This document shows, piece by piece, positions 24,067-37,186 of a DNA stretch of 64,000 bases (position 1 is the first letter of the stretch; each line of letters opens with the position of its first letter). Position numbers and translations under genes: made by a program. The stretch covers positions 81,325,919 to 81,389,918 of the forward strand of contig NC_068985.1 in assembly GCF_001194135.2 (NCBI RefSeq). Reading direction: 5' to 3'. The notes under the pieces are model-generated. The model saw nothing but the letters and a program-made list of their open reading frames with translations, was not told the origin of the DNA and did no database searches. The stretch comes from Octopus bimaculoides (Eukaryota).

Positions 24067-24678
24067 TTCAGTCCCCTTAACAATAAATACATATCATGCA
24101 TTGTTATAGCTAACTAAAGTTAAAAGCAGGACCACACTGTATCATTGTGAAGTACAGTATTTCATTGAAACCCACCTATGAGTATTCAGTGTAAAATGTG
24201 ATAAGCTTTGCAAGTCTAGATTTTAAAAAAATTAATTCATGAAGATGAAACTTTCAAATTGTGACTCCATGAGCCAACTCATTATAGGAAAATTAACAAT
24301 GATCTTGCTATAATGAATTATTAAAACCATCATCTTACTACACACTGAATTAGTAATACTATAACCTTACAATAGCAAATTAATATAACTATGATCTCAT
24401 TATAATGATTTAGTAAAATCATAAAATTAATATACTGCATTAAATTTTCTGAAGAATATTATTATGTTTAAATCCATTTATTTGGTTTATAGACCTCTTA
24501 ATATGTTTAGGGATTTCATTTTTTTAGACAGAATATATAATGATGATTAAATTGTTTGGTCTCTACAACAAAATGTTTACATTCCATGAACCACTATGTG
24601 CAAGATATCAAATGCTATCATAGTTAGTCAACATCTTCATCAACTGATGTTATATTATATTAAACATTATTAACATAC

Positions 24679-24731
24679 ACAAACTGAGTGATGAAGTGGT
24701 GCCAAATTTTGACAGCAGTAACATAAACTAT
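24679..24731 (-). CDS. Gene 2 candidate exon (one of several alternatives)
   Basis: aaacag acceptor, gtatgt donor, phase 0 to 2, IVYVTAVKIWHHFITQF. An exon starting at 17781 (TPLNYRFLY..) is an alternative link. Confidence 0.25.
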
Positions 24732-25084
24732 CTGTTTTTACAGTTATTGAAAAAACAAAAACAATAAACAAATACATGCATAAGAAAATAAAAGTAGAAC
24801 ATTTTGTGTGTATTTTTGTCTAATAAATATAAATCAACAAAATAAGCAATTTCAGTTAAAATTATTTGCTGCCAATTTAGCTGAAAGATAAATTAGTAAT
24901 ATGCTTTATAATTAATGATCGTGAATCAGGCAAGAATATTTCAATAATAAATATACAATCTCAAAATAACCCTCACTATGATAAATAGGGACTGTTTCTT
25001 GGTACTTTCATATTAATGATAATGTAAAGCATTTTCACTTATATTGGTGTAATGTTTTGGTCTTTCTTCCAATACTTCCCTTAC

Positions 25085-25129
25085 AAATAGGCTCTCTATT
25101 CTTCTTAATGGACTGTCAGCTGAACTAAG
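25085..25129 (-). CDS. Gene 2 candidate exon
   Basis: ccttag acceptor after a pyrimidine tract, gtaagg donor, phase 0 to 0, LSSADSPLRRIESLF. Confidence 0.45.
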
Positions 25130-25317
25130 CTAAGGTAGCCCTTCAGAAAGAGAAAAAAGAACTGGTAGTTTGTAGCCAGCCAATGGAGCTGTGCTACTGT
25201 GCCTGTGACTAAATTGTAGTACCAAGAATTAGATCTAGTTTGAAGATATAAATGTAAAATGCTGTGTATAAAGTAGGCATGTTAACAGGCATTATTATTT
25301 TCATTCTGTTTAGTCTG

Positions 25318-25620
25318 AGGGTGCATGACCTAGTGGTTAGGGTGTTGCATGCATGATTGAAAGATCATGGTTTCAATTCTTGGACCAGGTAGTGCATTAT
25401 GTTCTTGAGCATAACACTTCATCTCACATTGCTCTGCGATCACTTCAACATCTGATGCGTGGTACACTGAGCACCTGTTCTGGCAACATTGATTTGATAT
25501 AGGGAGTGAGCTAATGTACAGCATATAGATTTGATCACTATAAACATATCATTTTGTACAGGTCATTTGGAAAAAACTGAACACTCATACATCATCTTTG
25601 ATGGGAGATTCCATCAATCT
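25318..25620 (+). mobile_element. tRNA-derived SINE, family D
   Basis: A box GACCTAGTGGTTAGGG, B-box-like GGTTTCAATTC, then TGTTCTTGAGCATAACACTTCATCTCACATTGCTC resembling conserved SINE central domains (V/Deu-like; inference). Confidence 0.6.
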
Positions 25621-25688
25621 AAAGAACAGGAATAAATTTCTATGATGCCATGTTCAAAATTTACCATTGATATAGTTTCTGGGGTGTC

Positions 25689-25725
<37 letters not shown>

Positions 25726-26482
25726 GCTTTTCTGGCTGACTTACTCTAATATGCACTATAGGTGAATATTATTTTCTGTAGTTTTCCAAAAATCTAATAG
25801 GCTATGTAATTCACCTTTAACCATCACACTCCTACCATAAGCTAATGAAGTAAATGTTTCAAGTTCAGAGTCGTTTTATAAATTGCCTATTAAATGGTGC
25901 TAATTAATTACATATAAAATCACTTTTGAAGATTTTAAAATTCATCTTCTCAGCCTTTTATTTTTAATGTTACCACGTCTTTGAAATTTTTGATTTTAGT
26001 GGTGCTTAAAAATTTCACACAAGATTGCTAAAAGTAAATAGATGTGTTAGAAGTAGCACTTAGTTTTCATTGTGTATATATCAGCTAAAATTATAAGAGT
26101 TTCTAAATGAAATTAATAAAGAAGTTACATAATCAATAGCTTAAATTAGTGTATAGACATTGTTCACATATTTAAAGGGAATTGACTTCTTTCACGTCTT
26201 ATCATTAAACTCACCAATAATTCTATATGTTTAATAATCATCAAATGTGCATATCCTTGTGCTGCGACAATATTATGTTTCACAGTATACACATTTGATA
26301 GAGTAAAGTAATATCATAATGATAGTGTATGTATGTGTGTATGTAAATATGTATATATATGTATGCATTCATATATGTATGTGTGTACGTCTCTATATAC
26401 ACACCACAGACATACATATATATATGTATGCAGAAATATACGTACATGCTTATGCACAAACACACACATATATACACACACA

Positions 26483-27348
26483 CACAGGTCTGATCAATAA
26501 GTATCCGGACTGTTGCCATAGTAACGAAGCTAAAGCATGCAGAATGAAGCTACTTGATACAGATTGACCTTAAACTCTGCTGTGCATGTGCAGTAAGTTT
26601 TAACATTCTAGCTCATTTCTACTCTTTACAGCAGTGCTTGGAAGTAACATGTGTAACATGTGATCATTGCATTGACCATGACAGAGAAAGATGTCATGGC
26701 AATACGTGCTTAGAGTCCTATGCAGAGTTGCAGAAAATGTTTGGAGAGGAGTATATGAGCCGTACACAAGTGTATGATAGGTCCAGATATTTCTAAGAAA
26801 AATGTCGATAGTGAAGAACGTTCTGGGAGACCTGCAACCAGTAGAACTGAGAAAAACATCACAGATGTGCATGCAGCTGTGAGGGAAAATCATTGAATCC
26901 CCATTCGTGAGTTATCAGAGGATGTGCAGATTAGTTACAGTTCAGTTCAGTTCAGTTCATTATCACTGAAGATTTGGGTATGAGACATGTGTCTACCAAG
27001 TTTGTGCCAAAACTGCATTCAACTAACCAAAATGAGACTCAGGTTACAGTTGCACAAAATCTCCTTGATTGGGTTGAGAACAATGAAAACTTTTTGAAAA
27101 TTTTGCATAGGCCTCTGAGTAGATATTGCCAAGCTTTTGGTAAAATTTGATGGAGTTTCTCTGCTCAAATTTCTCTCTCATGGTCAATGCAGTGAACACA
27201 TGCTACACACGTGGAAGTGAGCCAGATCGGTAAAACTGAGTGCGCATACACAGCAGAATTCAAAATCAATCTGTACCAAGCAGCTTCCCCTATCTGCTTT
27301 AGCTTCGTTACTATGGCAACAGTCTGGATATTTATTGATCAGACCACA
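26483..27348 (+). mobile_element. Mariner-family relic with long inverted ends, catalytic domain absent
   Basis: Ends GGTCTGATCAATAA(G/A)TATCC(G/A)GACTGTTGCCATAGTAACGAAGCTAAAGCA inverted; remnant ESYAELQKMFGEEYMSRTQVY..EERSGRPATSRT..ITEDLGMRHVSTKFVPK..ENNENFLK, which stops before the DDD domain. Confidence 0.9.
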
Positions 27349-27366
27349 TACATATGTATATTTTAC

Positions 27367-27398
<32 letters not shown>

Positions 27399-28022
27399 NN
27401 NNNNNNNNNNNNNNNNNNNNNNNNNNNNNNNNNNNNNNNNNNNNNNNNNNNNNNNNNNNNNNNNNNNNNNNNNNNNNNNNNNNNNNNNNNNNNNNNNNNN
27501 NNNNNNNNNNNNNNNNNNNNNNNNNNNNNNNNNNNNNNNNNNNNNNNNNNNNNNNNNNNNNNNNNNNNNNNNNNNNNNNNNNNNNNNNNNNNNNNNNNNN
27601 NNNNNNNNNNNNNNNNNNNNNNNNNNNNNNNNNNNNNNNNNNNNNNNNNNNNNNNNNNNNNNNNNNNNNNNNNNNNNNNNNNNNNNNNNNNNNNNNNNNN
27701 NNNNNNNNNNNNNNNNNNNNNNNNNNNNNNNNNNNNNNNNNNNNNNNNNNNNNNNNNNNNNNNNNNNNNNNNNNNNNNNNNNNNNNNNNNNNNNNNNNNN
27801 NNNNNNNNNNNNNNNNNNNNNNNNNNNNNNNNNNNNNNNNNNNNNNNNNNNNNNNNNNNNNNNNNNNNNNNNNNNNNNNNNNNNNNNNNNNNNNNNNNNN
27901 NNNNNNNNNNNNNNNNNNNNNNNNNNNNNNNNNNNNNNNNNNNNNNNNNNNNNNNNNNNNNNNNNNNNNNNNNNNNNNNNNNNNNNNNNNNNNNNNNNNN
28001 NNNNNNNNNNNNNNNNNNNNNN

Positions 28023-28071
<49 letters not shown>

Positions 28072-28198
28072 CATATATGTATATATATATCCCTATTCTG
28101 TCAAAACTACTTTGTTATATAATTTAATTACTACATATATATCTTGAAAGCTTTCAAATTCAATGTCATTGTATTTAAGACTTAAGTGAATTCCTTAC

Positions 28199-28243
28199 AC
28201 CCATATTCCAGTGTATCACACCATTTTCTTTTATTGCCATTGC
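28199..28243 (-). CDS. Gene 2 candidate first coding exon
   Basis: aactctctccag acceptor, gtaagg donor, (A)MAIKENGVIHWNMG; ATG in GCAATGG context. Confidence 0.5.
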
Positions 28244-28843
28244 CTGGAGAGAGTTAAGTAAGTGGTGAGCTGCAAGGTTGAGTATACTTCATGAAGATAT
28301 ATGATAGATACAGAAGAGCATCACATGAAAGGAAGATTATAACCTCAGCATCCCGAAAGATTAGTGTGTTTCTTCCAGCACTAAACGTTTGAATTCATAG
28401 AAAATCCTCACTAGAACTTGGAGATTTCCAACCACATCCCTGCCCACATATTATATTACTCACATGCACAAACACAATGCACACATGCATACACGCACAC
28501 AGACACATACGCAAACTCATGTCTACACACAGCATGCAAGTTCACGTACATGCATACATATTTACTCTCTCTCTCTCTCTTTCTCTCCTCACCATCACCT
28601 GTCCATGTGCGTGTGTATTAAAAATGAGTAATAAAATGCATAAAATCCTCAAGTTCAAGATCCTGTTTATCAATAAATACAAGGATTATATATGATTAAT
28701 AGTGTATGGCATGTAGTTCTCAGGGTGCCGGTTGTTTCATTGGCATGTGAGTAAAATGAGATTATGATGTTATTGAGTCATTATTGCTCATTTAATATAT
28801 ATGTGTGTGCATATCTATATATATATATATAAATATATATATA

Positions 28844-29814
28844 NNNNNNNNNNNNNNNNNNNNNNNNNNNNNNNNNNNNNNNNNNNNNNNNNNNNNNNNN
28901 NNNNNNNNNNNNNNNNNNNNNNNNNNNNNNNNNNNNNNNNNNNNNNNNNNNNNNNNNNNNNNNNNNNNNNNNNNNNNNNNNNNNNNNNNNNNNNNNNNNN
29001 NNNNNNNNNNNNNNNNNNNNNNNNNNNNNNNNNNNNNNNNNNNNNNNNNNNNNNNNNNNNNNNNNNNNNNNNNNNNNNNNNNNNNNNNNNNNNNNNNNNN
29101 NNNNNNNNNNNNNNNNNNNNNNNNNNNNNNNNNNNNNNNNNNNNNNNNNNNNNNNNNNNNNNNNNNNNNNNNNNNNNNNNNNNNNNNNNNNNNNNNNNNN
29201 NNNNNNNNNNNNNNNNNNNNNNNNNNNNNNNNNNNNNNNNNNNNNNNNNNNNNNNNNNNNNNNNNNNNNNNNNNNNNNNNNNNNNNNNNNNNNNNNNNNN
29301 NNNNNNNNNNNNNNNNNNNNNNNNNNNNNNNNNNNNNNNNNNNNNNNNNNNNNNNNNNNNNNNNNNNNNNNNNNNNNNNNNNNNNNNNNNNNNNNNNNNN
29401 NNNNNNNNNNNNNNNNNNNNNNNNNNNNNNNNNNNNNNNNNNNNNNNNNNNNNNNNNNNNNNNNNNNNNNNNNNNNNNNNNNNNNNNNNNNNNNNNNNNN
29501 NNNNNNNNNNNNNNNNNNNNNNNNNNNNNNNNNNNNNNNNNNNNNNNNNNNNNNNNNNNNNNNNNNNNNNNNNNNNNNNNNNNNNNNNNNNNNNNNNNNN
29601 NNNNNNNNNNNNNNNNNNNNNNNNNNNNNNNNNNNNNNNNNNNNNNNNNNNNNNNNNNNNNNNNNNNNNNNNNNNNNNNNNNNNNNNNNNNNNNNNNNNN
29701 NNNNNNNNNNNNNNNNNNNNNNNNNNNNNNNNNNNNNNNNNNNNNNNNNNNNNNNNNNNNNNNNNNNNNNNNNNNNNNNNNNNNNNNNNNNNNNNNNNNN
29801 NNNNNNNNNNNNNN
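28844..29814. other. Assembly gap (largest of 12)
   Basis: N run. Others at about 1220-1755, 2495-2557, 10782-10791, 11597-11682, 13614-13732, 27399-28022, 34965-35269, 40692-40719, 44797-45079, 52170-52696 and 61425-61511. Confidence 0.99.
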
Positions 29815-30246
29815 TTCAACATGTCCTTTCTGTTTTAGACAGCAAGGTGCTGTTTTAAGGAGATTTGGCTGCAATTTCTAGCTGGTTAAACAACTGCATG
29901 CTGGATTCTTTGTTGGTCTTCATAGCATTGGTAGAAAACAAAGAAAAAATATTAAAAACAAAATGATATTGGCTCTATTCAGTGACAAATAGAAATTGAT
30001 TGAAAACACATCTCCAGTTAATTTATGCATTACTTGGTACTAATCCCCTTGCAATCAGAGTAAAAAGTGTGGCCTATTTTTCTTCTTTCTTTTACCATTT
30101 TATTATTAATTTTATTGTTTTAATTACTTGCATATAAAGCAGACCGACCACAAAATTCTTACATGGTTAAATACACACATACACACACAGAGAGTTTATC
30201 ATTATTAGAATATTTTTATTTTTCACTTTTTATCATACAAATGCAG

Positions 30247-30436
30247 TAGGGAGGTGGAGAGATTTCAGCCCAATAGATCAAGACATGGTTCCAATCTCTG
30301 TTGGAAACGCCTCATTCTTATTTTTACTAATGACTGTCAAATAGACCCAAGCATCAAAACTGCCTTCTTCTCATCCACAACTCTGAAATTTCATAGTTTT
30401 GTAAAAACGAAATTGTTATTCACATATGTGAAGGAA
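30247..30436 (+). CDS. Isolated candidate exon, unlinked
   Basis: T-rich tract then atgcag, 190-nt open frame REVERFQPNRSRHGS...FTYVKE, donor gtatga; no confident partner exon. Confidence 0.25.
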
Positions 30437-30626
30437 GTATGAAAAAATACTAGCGAAAGTCATTTTTCGCAAATATAAAAATAACTAAAAGATTGTGATT
30501 ACTGTACTCATTTCTTTGTGGGTTTAGTAGGTCACAGAATTTGATAAGCAATGAAGTTTGACAAACATTGAAATAATGGAGTTGATATTCTTATATGAGT
30601 TATATTGCAAATATGATATGAACAGT

Positions 30627-30771
30627 AGCAGGCATGGCTGTGTGGTAAGAAGCTTGTTTCCCAACCACATGGTTCAGAGTTCAGTCCCACTGCATGGCAA
30701 CCTGGGTAAGTGTCTTCTACTGTAGCCTTGGGCTGACCAAAGTCTTGTGAGTGGATTTGAAAGAAGCCTGT

Positions 30772-30822
<51 letters not shown>

Positions 30823-31050
30823 GTATTTATGTGTGTCTTTATGTCTATGTTTGTCCCCTACCAATGTTGGTGTGTTTACATTCCTGTAACTTAGGGAGTT
30901 TTGGCAAAAGAGACTGATAGAATAAGTACTAGGCTTACAAAGAATAAGTCCTGGTGTCAATTTCTTTGACTAAAAAACCCTTTAAGGTGGTGCTCCAGTA
31001 TGGCTGCAGTCAAAATGACTAAAACAAGTAAAAGAGTAAAAGAATAAAAG
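30627..31050 (+). mobile_element. SINE family A, full length
   Basis: Head GGCATGGCTGTGTGGTAAGAAGC, expanded internal (TA)n, end AAACAAGTAAAAGAGTAAAAGA. Confidence 0.88.
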
Positions 31051-31499
31051 TAGTATTAAACCTGTAATTCTGTTTCTAAAACTCTGTCATGAATAATATA
31101 CCATCTCAGTTTCTTCCTTATGTACAGGGTGAATGTTTGTAATGGAAGAGTTGATTTAAACTACATATGTTATTGGCGCTTATTTAATAATCAACTTTAT
31201 CAAGAAAGGAAGATAAATTAATGGAGTATGATCTGGATATGGAACATAGAGGATTAGATAAAATACTCAAAGATATTAGGATGACAATTCTATGAGTCTG
31301 CCATGGTCTTGGGAGAATACATCATACCATATTATCATTATCTATTGTAGTTTAATACTTTAGTTCAGGTTAGTTAGATTTTCAGAAACTCCTTTGTCTT
31401 TATCTCATTAATAAACCTTTTCCTCTAAAAAATAAATTATCACTCAAAAATTTTTTCAACTATCTTGATCAATGTTTTCTATAGATGGTAATGTTCTTG

Positions 31500-31880
31500 A
31501 TGCTATTAAACATCACTAGTCCTTGATGTCACTTCCCTTGTTGGAAGCTGACAAAATGTCATCACTACTGCATGCATACATCAATTCTGGTGCTTATATA
31601 ATCACACTTGTCAGCTGTGGGACTCTCAAATTTATATTACATATCCTGAAGATCATGCTTAATTTATTTCACAAAAGTGTCTGAATGTATTCAGATTCAC
31701 TGACATATCACTTTCACACTTGCAACGCAGCTCCTGGGGAGAGAAATCCCCTTTGTTTGAAACAAAATCAATGATTTCTCAAACATTCTTTCAACTCTTC
31801 ATGCCAAGCTATTCTTGAGTTCATTGATTTCAACATCGGTAAAGTTACCTCAGATTTTCCCATTTATTGTTAGTGAATAT
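31500..31880 (-). mobile_element. Possible highly decayed transposase-like coding remnant
   Basis: One frame with scattered stops reading ..VEINELKNSLA..ISLPRSC..YKFESPTADKCDY..; loosely like the F..P..D.C motif of Sola-type transposases. Confidence 0.2.
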
Positions 31881-32694
31881 GTGAGTCTTTTAACACTGTT
31901 ACATCAATACTATCCATGCCCCATTAACATATAATTTGTTGTGCCTCAAGTAAAGTAATAAGATTGCCCTCTGAACAAAGTCTGCATAGTTACTGTTGAC
32001 CTCCACTAATCACTTGATGAAACTCTTTTATGAAGCCATTTAGCCTGCTAGAAAGTGTAGCCAAATTCTTTCAAATTACAATGCAGTTCTAGCTATCCCT
32101 TATCCCCACCCCACACAAAGAAACAAAGAAATAGGAAAATCTATGGTTGTCATTTTCGTCAAATGTGTAGTAATGCATTTAACAAATTTAATAGTTTAGA
32201 TTGAATTAAACAAATTGAAATATATTAATAATGTTGGTTAAACAATAACTAATTATTTACTGGACTATATTTATCTTCAAACCATATTTTTTGTTGTTCA
32301 TTTGTTAAATTTTGAATAATCTGTTAACACATAGTTTGTGAATTGAGTCAACCCTAGTACTTGAATGATGCCAGTTTTCCCACCTCTATAGGGATGTGAA
32401 ACAAAGTTGGCTCCAGATTGATCTAAACTCAGTGTGGACAGAGACAAAATTTAATACTATAAGGAACTTAATTGAGAGGTCTTCAATTTTTGCTATTCTC
32501 CCACCTTATGTTAAGTAAAAGTGCAAAGGTGTTTTATGGATACCTCAAAAACTATTTGCTTTCTCAAATAGATTTGAACTTACTTTCCTTGATTTTTATC
32601 TATTAAACAATGCTGTTTTCCTGATAAGTTTCAAATATTAAATAATTTATTTCAGTTTGTTCAAATGAATCTTATTTAAGATTTTGGGTGAGAT

Positions 32695-33185
32695 TGCCCA
32701 GACCAAAACTATTCTTTCTTTCCAAACATTCTTGTCTTTCATGACATTTTCTAGGTCTTCTATTTGTAATTTGACAAAACATGAGAGTTGATCAAAGTAT
32801 GTCCTCCTGCGGTTTTCTGAAAAGAATTCCCATGACTCTGGGTCCAGAAAAGAGGTTAACTCACTAATTCATCTTTGCTTCAGTAGCAGTAACCAGTATA
32901 ACTTATCCACTCTCAAATTATTGATGATACTGTGGAGATCTTGCCACAAAGCTATTCTTGTTTTGGATGTTGTTTCCAACATTTGGTGAGAATAGTATGC
33001 AGCATACATGTTCAAGTCCCATCAAATTGCTATCTTTTTTGTCAGAGTCCATGCTGATTAGATTTAAAGAATTGGTTCTACTATGGCTCTGAAGAATTCC
33101 CTTTTCATTTGGTTAGGTAGTGTAGACTTCCAAATTATTCTGAATTTTTCCAGTACATTCCATGCCTCTGCTATGCAGATTGACA
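32695..33185 (-). mobile_element. Degraded LINE 3' coding fragment (RTE-group, RTEX-like)
   Basis: - strand: IAEAWNVLEKFRIIWKSTL..KREFFRAIVEPIL..AWTLTK..DG..MLHTIL..WKQHP..SKDELVS..TYFDQL..DLENVMKDKNVWKERI. Confidence 0.7.
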
Positions 33186-33791
33186 CATCTTAATTAATAC
33201 TAATTAGTTATACATAACATACAACTTCATTTATTATAAATAGATTAAGTGCTATAACAATGCTACTTGAAACATTTGTTAAACTGCTTTCAAATTTAAG
33301 AATATTCTTTTTCATTTTTGTTAATCATACAACCATCACAAATAATATATTTTCAATACTTATTTCTTTTATTCTTCAGTTATATCCTTAATTATAAACT
33401 CAGATGCATTCTAATACTTCATGCTAGGCAATTTTTGAATGCAAAATTATTGTGGCTGTTAATAGATGCTATAAAGAATGATATGTTTACATAAGTACCA
33501 ATAACAAGATTGTCTCAATTTCCATTTTGTGTATTTTAAACACATAACCTTAGCATATTTTTCTTTTTGAAATAACAATAATAATTTCCATTAATAATCA
33601 TATTTAGATATTTAACCATACATGATTTAAGGTTGTATTTGGAGTTAGATATTTTAAATTATCCATTATGTGTGTTCGGATGTGGGTGTGTATTTCTCTT
33701 ATTTCTACACTGAATGGTTGTTTGTATTTACATTTATATTAAACAGCTCTGCTCGCTATATTTGAAGTTGTCAGTCTCTAAAGATAATTAA

Positions 33792-34011
33792 CTCTTTAGC
33801 ATTTAAACTGGCCTTATCTAGCCAAAATGGTCTACCTGTTTTATGTTCAAACTAGCTAGATCTAGCCTTTTGCACCTACCCTATAATGTTGTTGTAAAAA
33901 TAAACAATCACCTCATCAAAATCTTGAAGCTATGATGTAATGTATGATTAATTCAAAACAAAGTGAAAAAATATGTATTACCTTTAACAGTATAACCTGG
34001 ATGCTAAAGGG
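33792..34011. mobile_element. piggyBac-like MITE
   Basis: TTAA-CTCTTTAGCA ... TGCTAAAGGG-ATAA: inverted ends with TTAA-type TSD, no ORF. Confidence 0.65.
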
Positions 34012-35506
34012 ATAATATCATGAAACGTGATACATTTTTTCTCAGGATAGATATTATTGTTTTTTAAATTTATCTTGATAAGAAAGCGTTTTAAAAAAGA
34101 AAATAATACTAAATCCTACCAATCAGAACACATCAAAATTAATAATGTTTAAAAAAAAACAAATCAAAATTAGTAACTTTAGTTTGAAATGTTAAAATGA
34201 TTTTGAGTCCTGGTTTAAACATTTTGTGCCATGATATTTTAGGTGATACTAAAAAAAAAAAATACCCATTTCACTCTGAAATCACCAATTTATTTAGTGC
34301 AGGAAAGAGAAATGTAAACAAATGACTTTATTATTCCCTATACCACAAACCTATACAAATGGATGGCTGATCAAAAGATATCAAAGGAAAATTGATATTT
34401 TTAAATGGTGCTTAAGTTACATATATTATTTTATTTGAATCAATTCATGAGATTTATGTGTGACATGGTAACCTATCTCTTTTTTTACCTAGTGGCAGTG
34501 ACTGAATATTCTACTTAAATTTATGTATTGTTAGATTATGTTTCATCATATACTTGTATCGTTTATATCATTGTATAATTAGAGCATAGAAAAAGCAATG
34601 AATTGAGGATAAGTACCTTATGGTTTAAATCTTTAACATGAGTTCAATTCTGTATTTAGCTTCTTCACTTCACTTATACTTTATATCAGAAAATTCAAAC
34701 CTGGGGAAGAGGGTATGCTCTGTTATATTGCGCATCTCCCTCTTTGTCTGTCTGTCTGTCTATCTTTCTGTCTGTCTGTTTGCCTGTCGGACTCTATCTC
34801 TGTCTCTCTCTCACTCTCACACACACATACCTATTGTCACATCCATGTTTTAAATACATCACCAATGTGAATACTTTTGATTAGATATCTTGATAAGTTT
34901 TCTCTATTGTTTGCCATTTTAAAATATTGACTGAATATATTTGTAGGCATGTGTGTGTGTGTGTNNNNNNNNNNNNNNNNNNNNNNNNNNNNNNNNNNNN
35001 NNNNNNNNNNNNNNNNNNNNNNNNNNNNNNNNNNNNNNNNNNNNNNNNNNNNNNNNNNNNNNNNNNNNNNNNNNNNNNNNNNNNNNNNNNNNNNNNNNNN
35101 NNNNNNNNNNNNNNNNNNNNNNNNNNNNNNNNNNNNNNNNNNNNNNNNNNNNNNNNNNNNNNNNNNNNNNNNNNNNNNNNNNNNNNNNNNNNNNNNNNNN
35201 NNNNNNNNNNNNNNNNNNNNNNNNNNNNNNNNNNNNNNNNNNNNNNNNNNNNNNNNNNNNNNNNNNNNNCTTTTTATTTTTGAATGTTATAAAGAATTTA
35301 CCAACTTTATTTATTATTTTTTTGTTTAATTTATTAAACAGAAAGGGAGAAAAATATTGTAAAATTCTAACATAGAATTTTTTTGTGATTTTATTATGTG
35401 TATCAATGTGAGCTGAAGGTTTTTCAAGAATTATCAAAGTAAAATTTGACTGGTTTAGCTTTTTATTAAATTATATATATCAGATAGAATTTCCCAAAAT
35501 TTGACA

Positions 35507-35579
35507 CTATAAATATTTGAAAACAATTTCACCGTATATTACATCACCAACTTCAAACGCAGTGTGTTCATACATATAT
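35507..35579 (-). CDS. Gene 4 candidate terminal exon
   Basis: aattcaag acceptor, phase 2, YMYEHTAFEVGDVIYGEIVFKYL-TAG; AATAAA-like signals near 35300-35335 on -. Confidence 0.4.
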
Positions 35580-35903
35580 CTTGAATTTATATATGTGTGT
35601 GTATATATATATATATGTGTGTGTGTGTGTTTATATATATGTATATATATAATGAAATATATAAAGATATATAATGTAAAAAACAATATAAAGATATACA
35701 TATATAAGATATATACAAACATATATATACAATATGTGTATGCACATGCATACAGATATCAAAAAGAAATATTTTTACAATAATGGAAAAATTTTGAAGA
35801 CTTTTGGGGATCTTAAATTTTTGTTTTAAATATAAAATTGAAGTAAAATATCCTTACATCATTCTTATCCAATTCATTTATAAACAGTAGTGATGTTGAT
35901 TAC

Positions 35904-35939
35904 CTCGTACGTTTTTCTGTTATTTCTATTGGAATAAAA
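35904..35939 (-). CDS. Gene 4 candidate exon
   Basis: ttctttctgccag / AG-gtaatc, phase 2 to 2, FIPIEITEKRT. Confidence 0.4.
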
Positions 35940-37186
35940 CTGGCAGAAAGAATTATGCACAAGCTTTTATCAGAACCACACTATTTCAAAGTGATTCAGT
36001 GAGAAAATCAAATTTAGACTAAGTCTTTGTCATTGATAATTTAAAGATATCCCAATAAAAATAGAAAATTTATATTCTAAATAATGTATTTATACTTTCT
36101 ACAAAAGCTTTAGAAACCCAATATACACCTAAACACATATCTTAGGTTTAATAGTGTATGTCCAACAAAGGAAATTCTTTGCTTATCTGTAAGTTTTTTC
36201 TTACTATTTTCAAGTTTCCTTTAATACAATACTAAGTTTAAGTCATTAAAATGGCAAATTGAATTAAGAATTTTATATAAAATGTATAAACTTCTTTAGA
36301 TTGTCAATTTGAATTAAAAAGATTTCATTGTGAGTAAATAGAATTCTAGTATATACAAGCAATTCATTTTGGATTGATTCTGTAATAATCAGTTTGAATT
36401 CAAATTTTGAATTTCAATTCAATTTTTCTTTCATGTGAAGCATATAGATGAAAATCTGATTGAAAATGCAGCTGAAAAAGGAAGATGTATTCTAGAGATG
36501 GATTCTTAAGGAACAGATGGTTGTAAGGATGATAGTGATAAGTCCCCATGTAAAGTCATAATTGCTGAAACCAGTCAAATGGAATCAAATTATAGAAATA
36601 TGACAAAAGGCCATCAATACAACCTTGAGCATTCCTGAAAAAAGCATGTAGTAATTGCTGACATATTTGTAATAACAAATTATATTCTGTTCAAAATACT
36701 CAACTTCAAAAGAAATTGAGTCCTATTTCTGAATTTTTTGAATATGAATTTTTTTATTTAATCTTTAACAAAAAAATATGTATCTGAAAGGAGAAAGACA
36801 AAAATATTTTCTCAATTTACTATGCAGAATATACCAGAATTATATTTATAGCTTCTCCTTAAATTCTAAGAAATCCTTATTCTACTTGAAATTATATTTG
36901 AAGGGAGTGGTGTGTGTGTTCACTGAAATCCATTGGAATATATTAAAAAAAATTACTTTCAGTTTTCAATAGGATTTTATATATTATCCTCATTTCAAAA
37001 CTATCAAATGATACAAAGCTACTAAAAAAAAAAATCTATACGTCATGATCTTGTGTTGGTTTGTTTGGAAACATCTGTAAGTATTCAAATTGTTTGATAA
37101 GATGTTTATATCTTTGTTTATTCATTCAAAATATTTCAATATATTTAAGGATCTCTTTTAGCTATCAAATACATCAAGTTTTCTAC

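Noticed and set aside
36447-36640. Protein-like + frame DENLIENAAEK..MDS*GTDGCKDD..
   Set aside because: In-frame TAA, weak acceptor and no recognisable motif.
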